This document shows positions 37,433-45,741 of a stretch of DNA of 61,471 bases, one piece after another. The position numbers and the translations under genes are program-made. Below the pieces are notes generated by a model. The model was not told the DNA's origin. It searched no databases and saw only the letters and a program-made list of their open reading frames with translations. Numbering within the stretch: the first letter of the stretch is position 1; each line of letters starts with the position of its first letter. The DNA is from Anaerolineales bacterium (lineage in GTDB: Bacteria > Chloroflexota > Anaerolineae > Anaerolineales > UBA4823), in assembly GCA_036507795.1 (NCBI GenBank), contig DATCIL010000029.1, positions 1-61,471 on the forward strand, written 5' to 3'.

Positions 37433-38052
37433 ACATGTTTATTGCTTTCCCCGGTGTCCGCGTCGCGGTCCAACCACAACTCCCGATATTGGCGCCGCCA
37501 GTCCCCCAGAAAACGGAGAGCAATTACCAGGCCAACTGCTCCCGATACTGCTATTGTCTCAGCCTCCATATTGAAAAGCCACAATACGAGCGGGCAGATT
37601 AATCCGGCAATCACACTGGCTCGGGCAGCGTGATGCATCGTCAATGTGAGCGCCACCAATACTCCCAGGCAAAGCACAAATCCCAACGGTGAGCAGGCGA
37701 GGATCGTTCCACCTGCGGTCGCCAACCCCATGCCGCCGCGAAAACCGGCAAGAACAGGCCAGCAATGACCCGCAACGGCAAAACCGGCGGTTATTGCTGG
37801 GATCCAAACCGCGGATCCAAACTGAATCCCGAGGTATGTGGGCACGAAACCCTTAGCGATGTCCAGTGCAAAAACCACGGTACCGGGCATCAATCCTGCC
37901 TGACGAAATGTGTTTGTGGCGGTTGCGTGACCGGAGCCGGCCTTGCGGACGTCCACCCCCTTTACCAGGCGAGTAATCCATACCGCAAAAGGCAAGGATC
38001 CGCTCAGATATCCCAGCAGGCCAAATCCCAAAACTTGTAGCCAGAGGGGCAT
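37429..38052 (-). CDS. plsY: Glycerol-3-phosphate acyltransferase PlsY
   Basis: GYLSGSLPFA and GSGHATATN blocks, about 200 aa, multi-TM. Confidence 0.85.
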   Translation of the reverse strand: MPLWLQVLGFGLLGYLSGSLPFAVWITRLVKGVDVRKAGSGHATATNTFRQAGLMPGTVVFALDIAKGFVPTYLGIQFGSAVWIPAITAGFAVAGHCWPVLAGFRGGMGLATAGGTILACSPLGFVLCLGVLVALTLTMHHAARASVIAGLICPLVLWLFNMEAETIAVSGAVGLVIALRFLGDWRRQYRELWLDRDADTGESNKHV

Positions 38053-38059
38053 CTATTGA

Positions 38060-38377
38060 TCAACGATCATGATGATCTGTGGAAACGTCTTCGCCATATT
38101 CTTCCCTTGGCCTGGATAGCAAGCCAAAGATAAGCGCTCCGCCAACACCCATTGCCACAAGAATCAATTCGGTGATCCCAAATACCGACCTGCCTTGTTC
38201 GGGCGTTAATCCCCATCCTATCACCCTCCCGAGGAGGATTGCCAGCGGCAAAGGTGCAATGAGAAATAAGGCAGCCACTCTGGCTCGCCAACCGCGCAGA
38301 TCAAGATTCCCGGGCAAACGCAGTCTGCCAAAAACCAGGGTATATAAACCAACGATAAATATCAGCATTTCCAGCAT
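38060..38377 (-). CDS. Small hypothetical membrane protein
   Basis: 105 aa with three hydrophobic segments and an acidic C-terminus. No family recognised. Confidence 0.5.
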   Translation of the reverse strand: MLEMLIFIVGLYTLVFGRLRLPGNLDLRGWRARVAALFLIAPLPLAILLGRVIGWGLTPEQGRSVFGITELILVAMGVGGALIFGLLSRPREEYGEDVSTDHHDR

Positions 38378-38393
38378 ATTTGCAACACCTTAC

Positions 38394-38963
38394 TCAGGTT
38401 TTCTGAATAATTACCCAGGCCGTAGAGCCTTCCTTCTCAATCGATCGATTTGCGTTTGGGTAGAAAAACAGATCAAATATACTTTCCGGCGAAAGAAATT
38501 TGGACCGCATCAAGGCAAATCGCTCCATAATCGCGACAATTTTTACCGGAATTGTGCCGATATCTGGTTCTTCTACGACGATCCGGCCGCCCGGTATCAG
38601 CACGCGCCAAAGTTCCCTGGCAGTCAGCAACTGGTCATGCACGTGATGCATAGCGTCCACCAGAATGATCCGGTGGAAGAAATTGTCAGAAAACGGCAGG
38701 GCCTCGGTTTTTGAACAAACCGTCCATAATCCGTTCATAACCACTACCTGGCGCAGCATTCCAGACGACAGATCGACAACCACGACGGCCGACACTTTAT
38801 CTCTTAAAACCTTGGACACTCGGCCGGTTCCACCACCGGCATCCAAAAGTGTCCCTTTAACAGGAAGATCAGCGAGCTCGACCAAGCGGTCCGGCTCCGG
38901 CGGCGTGATGAATTTTTCATAGATAGGGGCAAACAGGTCAAAATGATTAAAGAGCGGCATCAC
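38394..38963 (-). CDS. Class I SAM-dependent methyltransferase
   Basis: Motif I LLDAGGGTGRV and post-I acidic residue VVVVDLS. Confidence 0.8.
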   Translation of the reverse strand: MMPLFNHFDLFAPIYEKFITPPEPDRLVELADLPVKGTLLDAGGGTGRVSKVLRDKVSAVVVVDLSSGMLRQVVVMNGLWTVCSKTEALPFSDNFFHRIILVDAMHHVHDQLLTARELWRVLIPGGRIVVEEPDIGTIPVKIVAIMERFALMRSKFLSPESIFDLFFYPNANRSIEKEGSTAWVIIQKT

Positions 38964-39033
38964 ACCAACAATTTACTTTCACAAAACAAATATTCGCTGC
39001 AGACATGGATGAATGCCTTGACCACGCTGCTCG

Positions 39034-39735
39034 CTATTGCTGAGAACTGTTAAATACCGCTGGCAGGAAAAACCGTGTCTGCACCTCAGAGAAGCTGAAT
39101 TCAACAAAGTTTACCAGCGCCAGGTTTCTTTGGCAATCAGCCAGCGTGTCAACAAATACTCTTTCCGAGAGAGGCAAACCTTGCAAATCATATACCTGTA
39201 CCCAGACCGAATCGTTCGATTCGATGACGTGATCCGAAAGTATGATCTCAAAACCACCGGGGCCGAAATTTTGTGTTATTCCAGACAGGGATAAGGCGAA
39301 CAGGTCGGTCCCCTGGAGAACACCTCCAGCTTCAACTACCAACATCTTAGCCGGCAAGCCATCCCGGTCAAAAATCTGACCGGCGATGCCAAGATAGTTA
39401 CAGCCTAATTCGGGATGCGAAAAATTGGGCAACCAGCGAGGTGAACCTGGCTGGACAACGTATTTTCTTGATGATTGTGAGGGAGCGGCTCCTACGGGAT
39501 CGGCGGGCAACCGTACTGGAGTAGCAAGTGCGATGGTCGGTGGGGCGATCACCGCCGTATTGGTAGCCAATGGAACCGGCGAAGGAGGCGAGCTGGCAAG
39601 GATTGTAGGCGCCGGGGTCCTGGTAGGAAGGATCACCTGCGGGGTATCCGTCTCAACAGCGACGATCTGTTGAATCAAACCGCAGCCGGCTAATAATGGT
39701 AATAGGAACAATGGAATGATTAATATACGTTGCAC
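39034..39735 (-). CDS. Hypothetical secreted lipoprotein
   Basis: Signal peptide with lipobox LLAGC, Pro/Thr-rich linker, then a C-terminal domain of about 140 aa with no recognised family. Confidence 0.6.
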   Translation of the reverse strand: MQRILIIPLFLLPLLAGCGLIQQIVAVETDTPQVILPTRTPAPTILASSPPSPVPLATNTAVIAPPTIALATPVRLPADPVGAAPSQSSRKYVVQPGSPRWLPNFSHPELGCNYLGIAGQIFDRDGLPAKMLVVEAGGVLQGTDLFALSLSGITQNFGPGGFEIILSDHVIESNDSVWVQVYDLQGLPLSERVFVDTLADCQRNLALVNFVEFSFSEVQTRFFLPAVFNSSQQ

Positions 39736-39850
39736 CGGCCTTTACTCCTGTTTTAAGCAAACTAATTATACAGTGCATATTGCAAGTTTTATCTTTCTAG
39801 ATTAAACTTTTGCTCAGATCCGCAAAATAGGAGGACTCTCGGCGTACACA

Positions 39851-41269
39851 ATGACAAATTTGTCCCTTCAAAACCACAAATCTGTTCTTTGGCTTGCCAT
39901 TATTTTCATATTTCTGATTCTTCTAATAATATCATTTCCCTTCAGAACAGCTGCATCCCCGGCAAATTCGCCAAGGGTAGGTTCATTTGATACATTTGCA
40001 TCGCCCACCGCCAGCGTTACTCTGTCCGCTCTACCAAACCTTCCGTCTACAGCCACTTCAACCCCATTTCAGCCGGATTTACAACAAACCACCACCCCAG
40101 CGAGCTTGTATATGCCAGTATTGTCAAAGTCGGTCCCTCCTACCCCAACACCCACGGCAACGCTACCGCCAGATCCAAACCCATCCACTGTCCTCTATTG
40201 CAATTCTCATGCCATTGATATTCCGGATAATGATTCCAGCGGTATTACCAGCAACATTCAAATTGGTGATGCCAAATATATTCTCGATCTGGAAATCCGC
40301 TTGGACATATCGCATTCATGGGTTGGCGATATCAAAGCCACACTCGCCCATGAGGACAACAGCTCCCAAATCACATTAGTCAACCAGCCGGGAATACCTG
40401 CCAGCGCATCTGGTTGTGACCAGGATAATATCGCAGCCATCCTTGATGACGATATCACCCTCCCCGTTGAGGAACGTTGCTCGGCAAATGTTCCCTCGAT
40501 ATCGGGGATATTCAGGCCCCAGCAACCCCTGTCCACATTTATCGGCGAAACCTTTAATGGAAACTGGACCCTGAAGGTTTCCGACAATTACGAGGGGGAT
40601 GCAGGCCGGTTACACGAGTGGTGCATTTCCGCCAAAATCAGCGACGTTGCGGCGACTCCGACACCGCCGCCAAGTGTCGGTTCGCTTCCATCCCACGCCC
40701 AGATTGCCAAAATATCCGGACAATCTCAGGCCCTGCCTTTAGACTGCGAATCCAGGTCGGCAGTAGATTGGGCCGCATATTTCGGGAAAAAAATTGATGA
40801 ATTTGATTTTTTTTACAGCTTGCCCGAATCGGATGACCCAGACCTGGGCTTCGTAGGAAATGTATACGGCTCGTGGGGTCAAATTCCGCCCTACTCTTAT
40901 GGTGTACATGCAGCGCCAATCGCTGCTGCGCTGAGGGATTATGGCCTGGAGGCTTACGCCCACCGCCCGCTTAGTTGGGACGAGTTGCGGGCTGAAATTG
41001 CTTCCGGACGGCCCGTTATTGCCTGGATTGCCGGCAATGTAATTAATGGTGTAGCTGTTTATGTCGTAAATGGTGTTCCGATTTACTACCAACCATCTGA
41101 AGGAGGCCACACCGTCGTGGCGCGATACGAGCACACGGTTATTGTCACTGGCTACACCACGGATTCTGTCAGTTATCTGAACGGCGGGGCCATCTATACC
41201 AAAAGCTTATCTCAATTCCTGGAGTCATGGTCTGCGCTGCGTAACATGGCAGTTACTGCCAGGCCATGA
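39851..41269 (+). CDS. Secreted protein with proprotein-convertase P-domain fused to a C39-like cysteine peptidase domain
   Basis: N-terminal TM/signal anchor and a Pro/Thr linker. P-domain signature ILDLEIRLDISHSWVGDIKATL ... GNWTLKVSDNYEGDAGRLHEWCI. C-terminal papain-like block with LDCESRSAVDWA (Cys) and EHTVIVTGY (His). Confidence 0.7.
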   Translation: MTNLSLQNHKSVLWLAIIFIFLILLIISFPFRTAASPANSPRVGSFDTFASPTASVTLSALPNLPSTATSTPFQPDLQQTTTPASLYMPVLSKSVPPTPTPTATLPPDPNPSTVLYCNSHAIDIPDNDSSGITSNIQIGDAKYILDLEIRLDISHSWVGDIKATLAHEDNSSQITLVNQPGIPASASGCDQDNIAAILDDDITLPVEERCSANVPSISGIFRPQQPLSTFIGETFNGNWTLKVSDNYEGDAGRLHEWCISAKISDVAATPTPPPSVGSLPSHAQIAKISGQSQALPLDCESRSAVDWAAYFGKKIDEFDFFYSLPESDDPDLGFVGNVYGSWGQIPPYSYGVHAAPIAAALRDYGLEAYAHRPLSWDELRAEIASGRPVIAWIAGNVINGVAVYVVNGVPIYYQPSEGGHTVVARYEHTVIVTGYTTDSVSYLNGGAIYTKSLSQFLESWSALRNMAVTARP

Positions 41270-41296
41270 ATGAAGAAAGCTCACTCAATATTAAAC

Positions 41297-41320
41297 AAAA
41301 AAAGCCTCTCGTGCAGAGGC
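41297..41320 (-). terminator. Intrinsic terminator of the moeA-VKOR-small-protein unit
   Basis: On the minus strand the stem is GCCTCT gcacg AGAGGC, followed by T7. Confidence 0.6.
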
Positions 41321-41345
41321 CTTAAGTAAATTCGATCTAAAGGAT

Positions 41346-41573
41346 CTAAAATTCGTCATCGTCAAGCCACAATTCCTCGTCTTCCTCCTCCAAATCCAGT
41401 TCATCCCACTCCTCCAATTCTTCTTCTTCCTCTTCCCAGACATCTTCGATCAAATCATCAGCGCGCGAATAGGTCATGCAACCTTCGTCTGGATCGATCT
41501 CGACCGCAGCAGCCCCACAATACCCATCATCGAGGAAGACACAATCAACATAATGGCAACGAATTCGAGGCAT
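41346..41573 (-). CDS. Mini-protein: 4-Cys N-terminal module (DUF1540-like) plus polyacidic Trp-containing tail
   Basis: MPRIRCHYVDCVFLDDGYCGAAAVEIDPDEGC followed by about 40 aa of almost only Asp/Glu/Leu/Trp. Starts 9 nt after the VKOR stop. Confidence 0.6.
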   Translation of the reverse strand: MPRIRCHYVDCVFLDDGYCGAAAVEIDPDEGCMTYSRADDLIEDVWEEEEEELEEWDELDLEEEDEELWLDDDEF

Positions 41574-41582
41574 GTTCTTCTC

Positions 41583-42032
41583 CTAGTTCACCATTTCCGG
41601 TCGATATTCATCCTGCTCCCGCAGGACGCGCTGAAGTGACAATACCAACAGCAAAACCAAGATAATTGCAGAAAGCACACAGTAAGGGCAGATCGCCTTA
41701 AGCACAGCGACTTCGATGTAGGTCAAATAAACCGAGTAAAGCACTCCCGCCAGACTGATACCAAAAACCAGGCTGGGACCATAGTCCAACCAAAAACCAC
41801 CGCGCGCCTCCACTAAAAGCAAGAGAATAATGACTAAATAGGCTCCAGCTCCCAAAAGCGCGATAGGAATCCCGTAGATTTCCGAATACTGGCTGGAATT
41901 CACTGATTCGCAATCACCAATGGGTCCGCATAATGCATAACGATTCGCCACCTTGACCCAGGTTAAATAGGCAGAATCCAGAAAGCCGAGAGCGGCTAAT
42001 ATTATCGAGAAGATTCGCAATTTATCCTTCAA
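41583..42032 (-). CDS. Vitamin K epoxide reductase (VKOR) family membrane protein
   Basis: Loop cysteines in YALCGPIGDCESV, a TM CxxC (ICPYCV), and four TM helices. Confidence 0.8.
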   Translation of the reverse strand: MKDKLRIFSIILAALGFLDSAYLTWVKVANRYALCGPIGDCESVNSSQYSEIYGIPIALLGAGAYLVIILLLLVEARGGFWLDYGPSLVFGISLAGVLYSVYLTYIEVAVLKAICPYCVLSAIILVLLLVLSLQRVLREQDEYRPEMVN

Positions 42033-43287
42033 TTTCCATCCAATTTCCTAGCGGCCAGGCGTCGATCTCCGCCTCAGCTGGCAAGGATTTTACCCCAGCC
42101 GGAATTATCAGTAAAGCATTTGCCTGAACCAAAGAACGCAGGTTTCCTGAGCCCTGGTGGCCGGTTAATCGGGCAAACCAATGACCATCCTCAGATTTAA
42201 CAAAAGCTCGCAAATAACTCTCCCGTCCATCCGAATTTACTGGTTCGAGCAATTTTACCTTGATTGATGGACGGGGTTGATCTGGAAGTCCTGACAATTT
42301 TATTAGTGCTGGGCGAACAAACACCTCATAGCCCACGAAAGCCGAAACGGGGTTTCCCGGAAGACCGACGATTGGTATCGATTGATATGTTCCGAAAGTA
42401 AGTGGTTTTCCCGGACGCATATTAACTCGCCAAAAATTTAGCTCGCCCCGCTGCTCAACAACCATTCTCACAAAATCAAAAGCCCCCACACTTACCCCGG
42501 CGGAGGAGAGGATCAGGTCAGCGCCACTGGCTACCGAGCGATCCAGGATTTCCCGGACAGCCTCTTCCCTGTCCGGAGCAATCCCGAGCTTGATGGCTTC
42601 TCCCCCATCCCGTTCAACAAGCGCTGAAAGAGTATAGGCATTTGCATCATGGATTTTGCCCGGCTCAAGTGGTTCTTCAACTGGAAGAAGCTCATCACCT
42701 GTGGAAAGCAATCCAACTCTTGGGCGGCGATAGACCGGTACCTGAGATACTCCCAGCATCGCCAGGAAGCCAACATCTTGAGGCCGCAATCGATTTTTCG
42801 AGGGCAGGACAACTTCTCCCTGAGATACGTCCTGTCCTTTCGGGCGCACATAATCTCCCGAACCGACGGATCGGTAGATTCTCACGTGCGAAGGACACCC
42901 GGCTTCCGTTATCATTTCATCCCGGTATTGGTCCGTCGACTCCACAGGTACCACCGCATCGGCGCCGCGCGGAAGAGGTGCCCCAGTCATGATGCGGACT
43001 GCCTCTCCCGGACCAACTTTGTCCTGAGAAACCTGTCCAGCTGGAATATCGCCAATGACGCGTAGTTCCACAGGTATATCCGGGTTAGCTGATGCAACAT
43101 CCGCTGATCTGACCGCAAACCCATCCATGCTGGAGTTGGCAAATAGCGGCAAGTCGAGCTCGGATACGACCGGTTCTGCCAACACTCGTCCCACGGCATG
43201 AGTTAATGGGATTCTTTCGGCGTCTACCGGGGTGAAGGCTCCCAAGAGACGATGGCGGGCTTCAGCTACGCTTAGCAATGGTGTCAC
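42022..43287 (-). CDS. moeA: Molybdopterin molybdotransferase MoeA
   Basis: SSMDGFAV, TGAPLPRGADAVV, STGDEL and AGVSVGAFD blocks. Confidence 0.9.
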   Translation of the reverse strand: MTPLLSVAEARHRLLGAFTPVDAERIPLTHAVGRVLAEPVVSELDLPLFANSSMDGFAVRSADVASANPDIPVELRVIGDIPAGQVSQDKVGPGEAVRIMTGAPLPRGADAVVPVESTDQYRDEMITEAGCPSHVRIYRSVGSGDYVRPKGQDVSQGEVVLPSKNRLRPQDVGFLAMLGVSQVPVYRRPRVGLLSTGDELLPVEEPLEPGKIHDANAYTLSALVERDGGEAIKLGIAPDREEAVREILDRSVASGADLILSSAGVSVGAFDFVRMVVEQRGELNFWRVNMRPGKPLTFGTYQSIPIVGLPGNPVSAFVGYEVFVRPALIKLSGLPDQPRPSIKVKLLEPVNSDGRESYLRAFVKSEDGHWFARLTGHQGSGNLRSLVQANALLIIPAGVKSLPAEAEIDAWPLGNWMEIEG

Positions 43288-43341
43288 AATTTTTTCTCCG
43301 GATTTGGCGCGGAATTATACCACTTTCACCTTCTGAATACT

Positions 43342-45588
43342 CTAACCAGGCCGGGAGCGGTTTGCTTCCAAAACATTAGGCAGATTTTCCAGGCGATCCA
43401 GAACTTTACTGAGCTGCGCCAAATCTCTGACCTCTAATATAAGCTCAAATACTGCCAGGTTCTTCTTATTTACGTCGACATTAACTTTGGCCATATTGAT
43501 GCCCTCTTCAGCAATAATCGTGGACACATCTCGCATCAGACCATCCCGGTCATAAGCCTTGATTTGTACAGGTATTGGGTAAGTGTCTTTTGGCTCGCCC
43601 CAGGAAACCTTTACCAAACGTTCGCGATCGCGAATACGCAAAATGTTCGGGCAATCTTGCCGGTGAATGGTCGCACCCCGTCCCCGGGTAATATAGCCAA
43701 CGATAGCATCCCCCGGCGCAGGGCTGCAGCACTTCGCCATCACCGTTAAGAGGCCTTTTAATCCTAATACCGATATGGAATCGCGCTCTGGAGTGATGGG
43801 CTCAGCAATCGGATGGGCAGTGAAACTTGCGTCCTCCTTTTCCTCTTCATCTAAGGTCAGGTGGTTGACAATCCTACCGATCGGAACATCGCCATTACCC
43901 ACGGCTTCGTACAAATCATCGACGCTGCGGAAGTCAAACTCCTTGGCCAACCGCTCCAGGTTTAGATTCAACAAGCCCAGCCGGCGAAGTTCCTTTTCCA
44001 TCAGAGCTTTACCTTGAGCGATATTCTGTTCGCGAGCCTGGCGTTTAAACCAGCGCCGGATCTTACTGCGCGCCCGCTGAGTTTTAACTAGGCCCAAGTT
44101 GGTATTCAGCCAATCTCGGCTCGGTCCACCCCGTTTTGCGGTCAGGATTTCAACTTTTTCTCCCGTATTCAGGATGTAATCCAGAGAGACAAGTTTTCCA
44201 TTCACCTTCGCTCCCCTGCAGCGATGACCGACATCCGTGTGGATATGATAAGCAAAATCAATGGGTGTGGATCCCGCGGGAAGATCGATAATATCTCCGC
44301 GCGGAGTAAATACATAAACCCGATCTTCAAAGACATCCGATTTTAGACCATCCACAAACTCACGGGCGTCTTCTACATCCTGCCGCCACTCCATCAGAGA
44401 ACGCAGCCAGAGTATCCTGCGTTCGTACTCGTCGTCGCGGCCGGCGCCTTCCTTGTAGCGCCAGTGGGCAGCGATGCCATACTCAGCATTCTGATCCATC
44501 TCCGGCGTTCTGATTTGAACCTCCAGGGTTCGACCATCATCGTAAATCACCGCGGTGTGCAAAGACTGGTAAAAATTGTCTTTTGGTGAGGCGATATAAT
44601 CATCAAATTCATTGGGGATCGGCCGCCACTGCGTATGAATAACGCCCAATCCAGCATAACAGCTTTGAATATCCGAAACCAATATGCGCACGGCGCGGAC
44701 GTCAAATACCATCTCGAATGGCACGCCTTTGCGATGCATCTTCCGATAAATCGAGTAGATGTGTTTGGGCCGGCCGCTAACTTCGGCGCGCACGCCGGAC
44801 TTCTCCAGCAAGGATTGCAGCCGATTGGTAATTTTTTGCATCTCGCGTTCTCGATCCGTCCGGCGTTCCGCCAGATTTTCAGCAATCTCCTTGTACGTTT
44901 CCGGATCGATGTAGCGGAAGGATAAATCCTCGAGTTCCCACTTAATCTGCCAGATACCCAGCCGGTTGGCCAGCGGGGCAAAGATGTCCATGGTCTGCTG
45001 TGCGATGCGCTTGCGCTTATTTTCCGGCATGTGGCTCAGCGTGCGCATATTGTGAAGCCTGTCGGCAAGCTTTATAAGCACCACTCGCACATCTTCGCCC
45101 ATCGCCAGGAAGGTCTTCCGGAGCGTTTCAGACACCAGGTCATAGCGGCGACTGCGCACCAGGCGATCGACCTCTTCATCCGGGTCCGGCTTGCCCCTGC
45201 GTTCAGCGATTTGACGCTCTTTCTCTTCCTTGGCCTCCTCTTCCGGGTGCTGATCTCCTCGAGAGACCCGCGGTAGCTGGGTTAGCTTGGTGACTCCGTC
45301 AACCAGATTGGCAATTTCATGCCCGAAGTCCCGATCGAGATCCTCCAAAGTAAGTTCGGTGTCCTCCACGGTATCGTGGAGCAAACCCGCAGCCACCACC
45401 GAAGGTGGGACATGCAATTCTGCCAGAATTCCTGCCACCGCCAGACAATGGCTGATATAAAGCTCTCCTGAAGCGCGAATCTGTCCGGTATGGGCGCGTT
45501 CAGCCACCCGATAGGCGCGCTGCACCAATTCGCGATCCGCAGGAGTATATGATTTCGGCAATGAGTCCATTAATTGTTCGATGCGCAT
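43342..45588 (-). CDS. rel: Bifunctional (p)ppGpp synthetase/hydrolase (RelA/SpoT homolog)
   Basis: HD hydrolase LLHDTVEDT, synthetase block YQSLHTAV, TGS and C-terminal ACT regions. Start taken at MRIEQLMDSL. Confidence 0.9.
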   Translation of the reverse strand: MRIEQLMDSLPKSYTPADRELVQRAYRVAERAHTGQIRASGELYISHCLAVAGILAELHVPPSVVAAGLLHDTVEDTELTLEDLDRDFGHEIANLVDGVTKLTQLPRVSRGDQHPEEEAKEEKERQIAERRGKPDPDEEVDRLVRSRRYDLVSETLRKTFLAMGEDVRVVLIKLADRLHNMRTLSHMPENKRKRIAQQTMDIFAPLANRLGIWQIKWELEDLSFRYIDPETYKEIAENLAERRTDREREMQKITNRLQSLLEKSGVRAEVSGRPKHIYSIYRKMHRKGVPFEMVFDVRAVRILVSDIQSCYAGLGVIHTQWRPIPNEFDDYIASPKDNFYQSLHTAVIYDDGRTLEVQIRTPEMDQNAEYGIAAHWRYKEGAGRDDEYERRILWLRSLMEWRQDVEDAREFVDGLKSDVFEDRVYVFTPRGDIIDLPAGSTPIDFAYHIHTDVGHRCRGAKVNGKLVSLDYILNTGEKVEILTAKRGGPSRDWLNTNLGLVKTQRARSKIRRWFKRQAREQNIAQGKALMEKELRRLGLLNLNLERLAKEFDFRSVDDLYEAVGNGDVPIGRIVNHLTLDEEEKEDASFTAHPIAEPITPERDSISVLGLKGLLTVMAKCCSPAPGDAIVGYITRGRGATIHRQDCPNILRIRDRERLVKVSWGEPKDTYPIPVQIKAYDRDGLMRDVSTIIAEEGINMAKVNVDVNKKNLAVFELILEVRDLAQLSKVLDRLENLPNVLEANRSRPG

Positions 45589-45741
45589 GTCCTGGCCTAT
45601 GTTGAGTTCTCTAAAGATTAGTATACCTACCGAAATGTCAGACAACAAGGGTATTTATAGAACATTTTTCATAAGAAAATCGTTATAATCAGGGTTTGGA
45701 CTGCGAGAGCCGGCAAGCCATCTGCAGTTCCAAAGAGAGAA

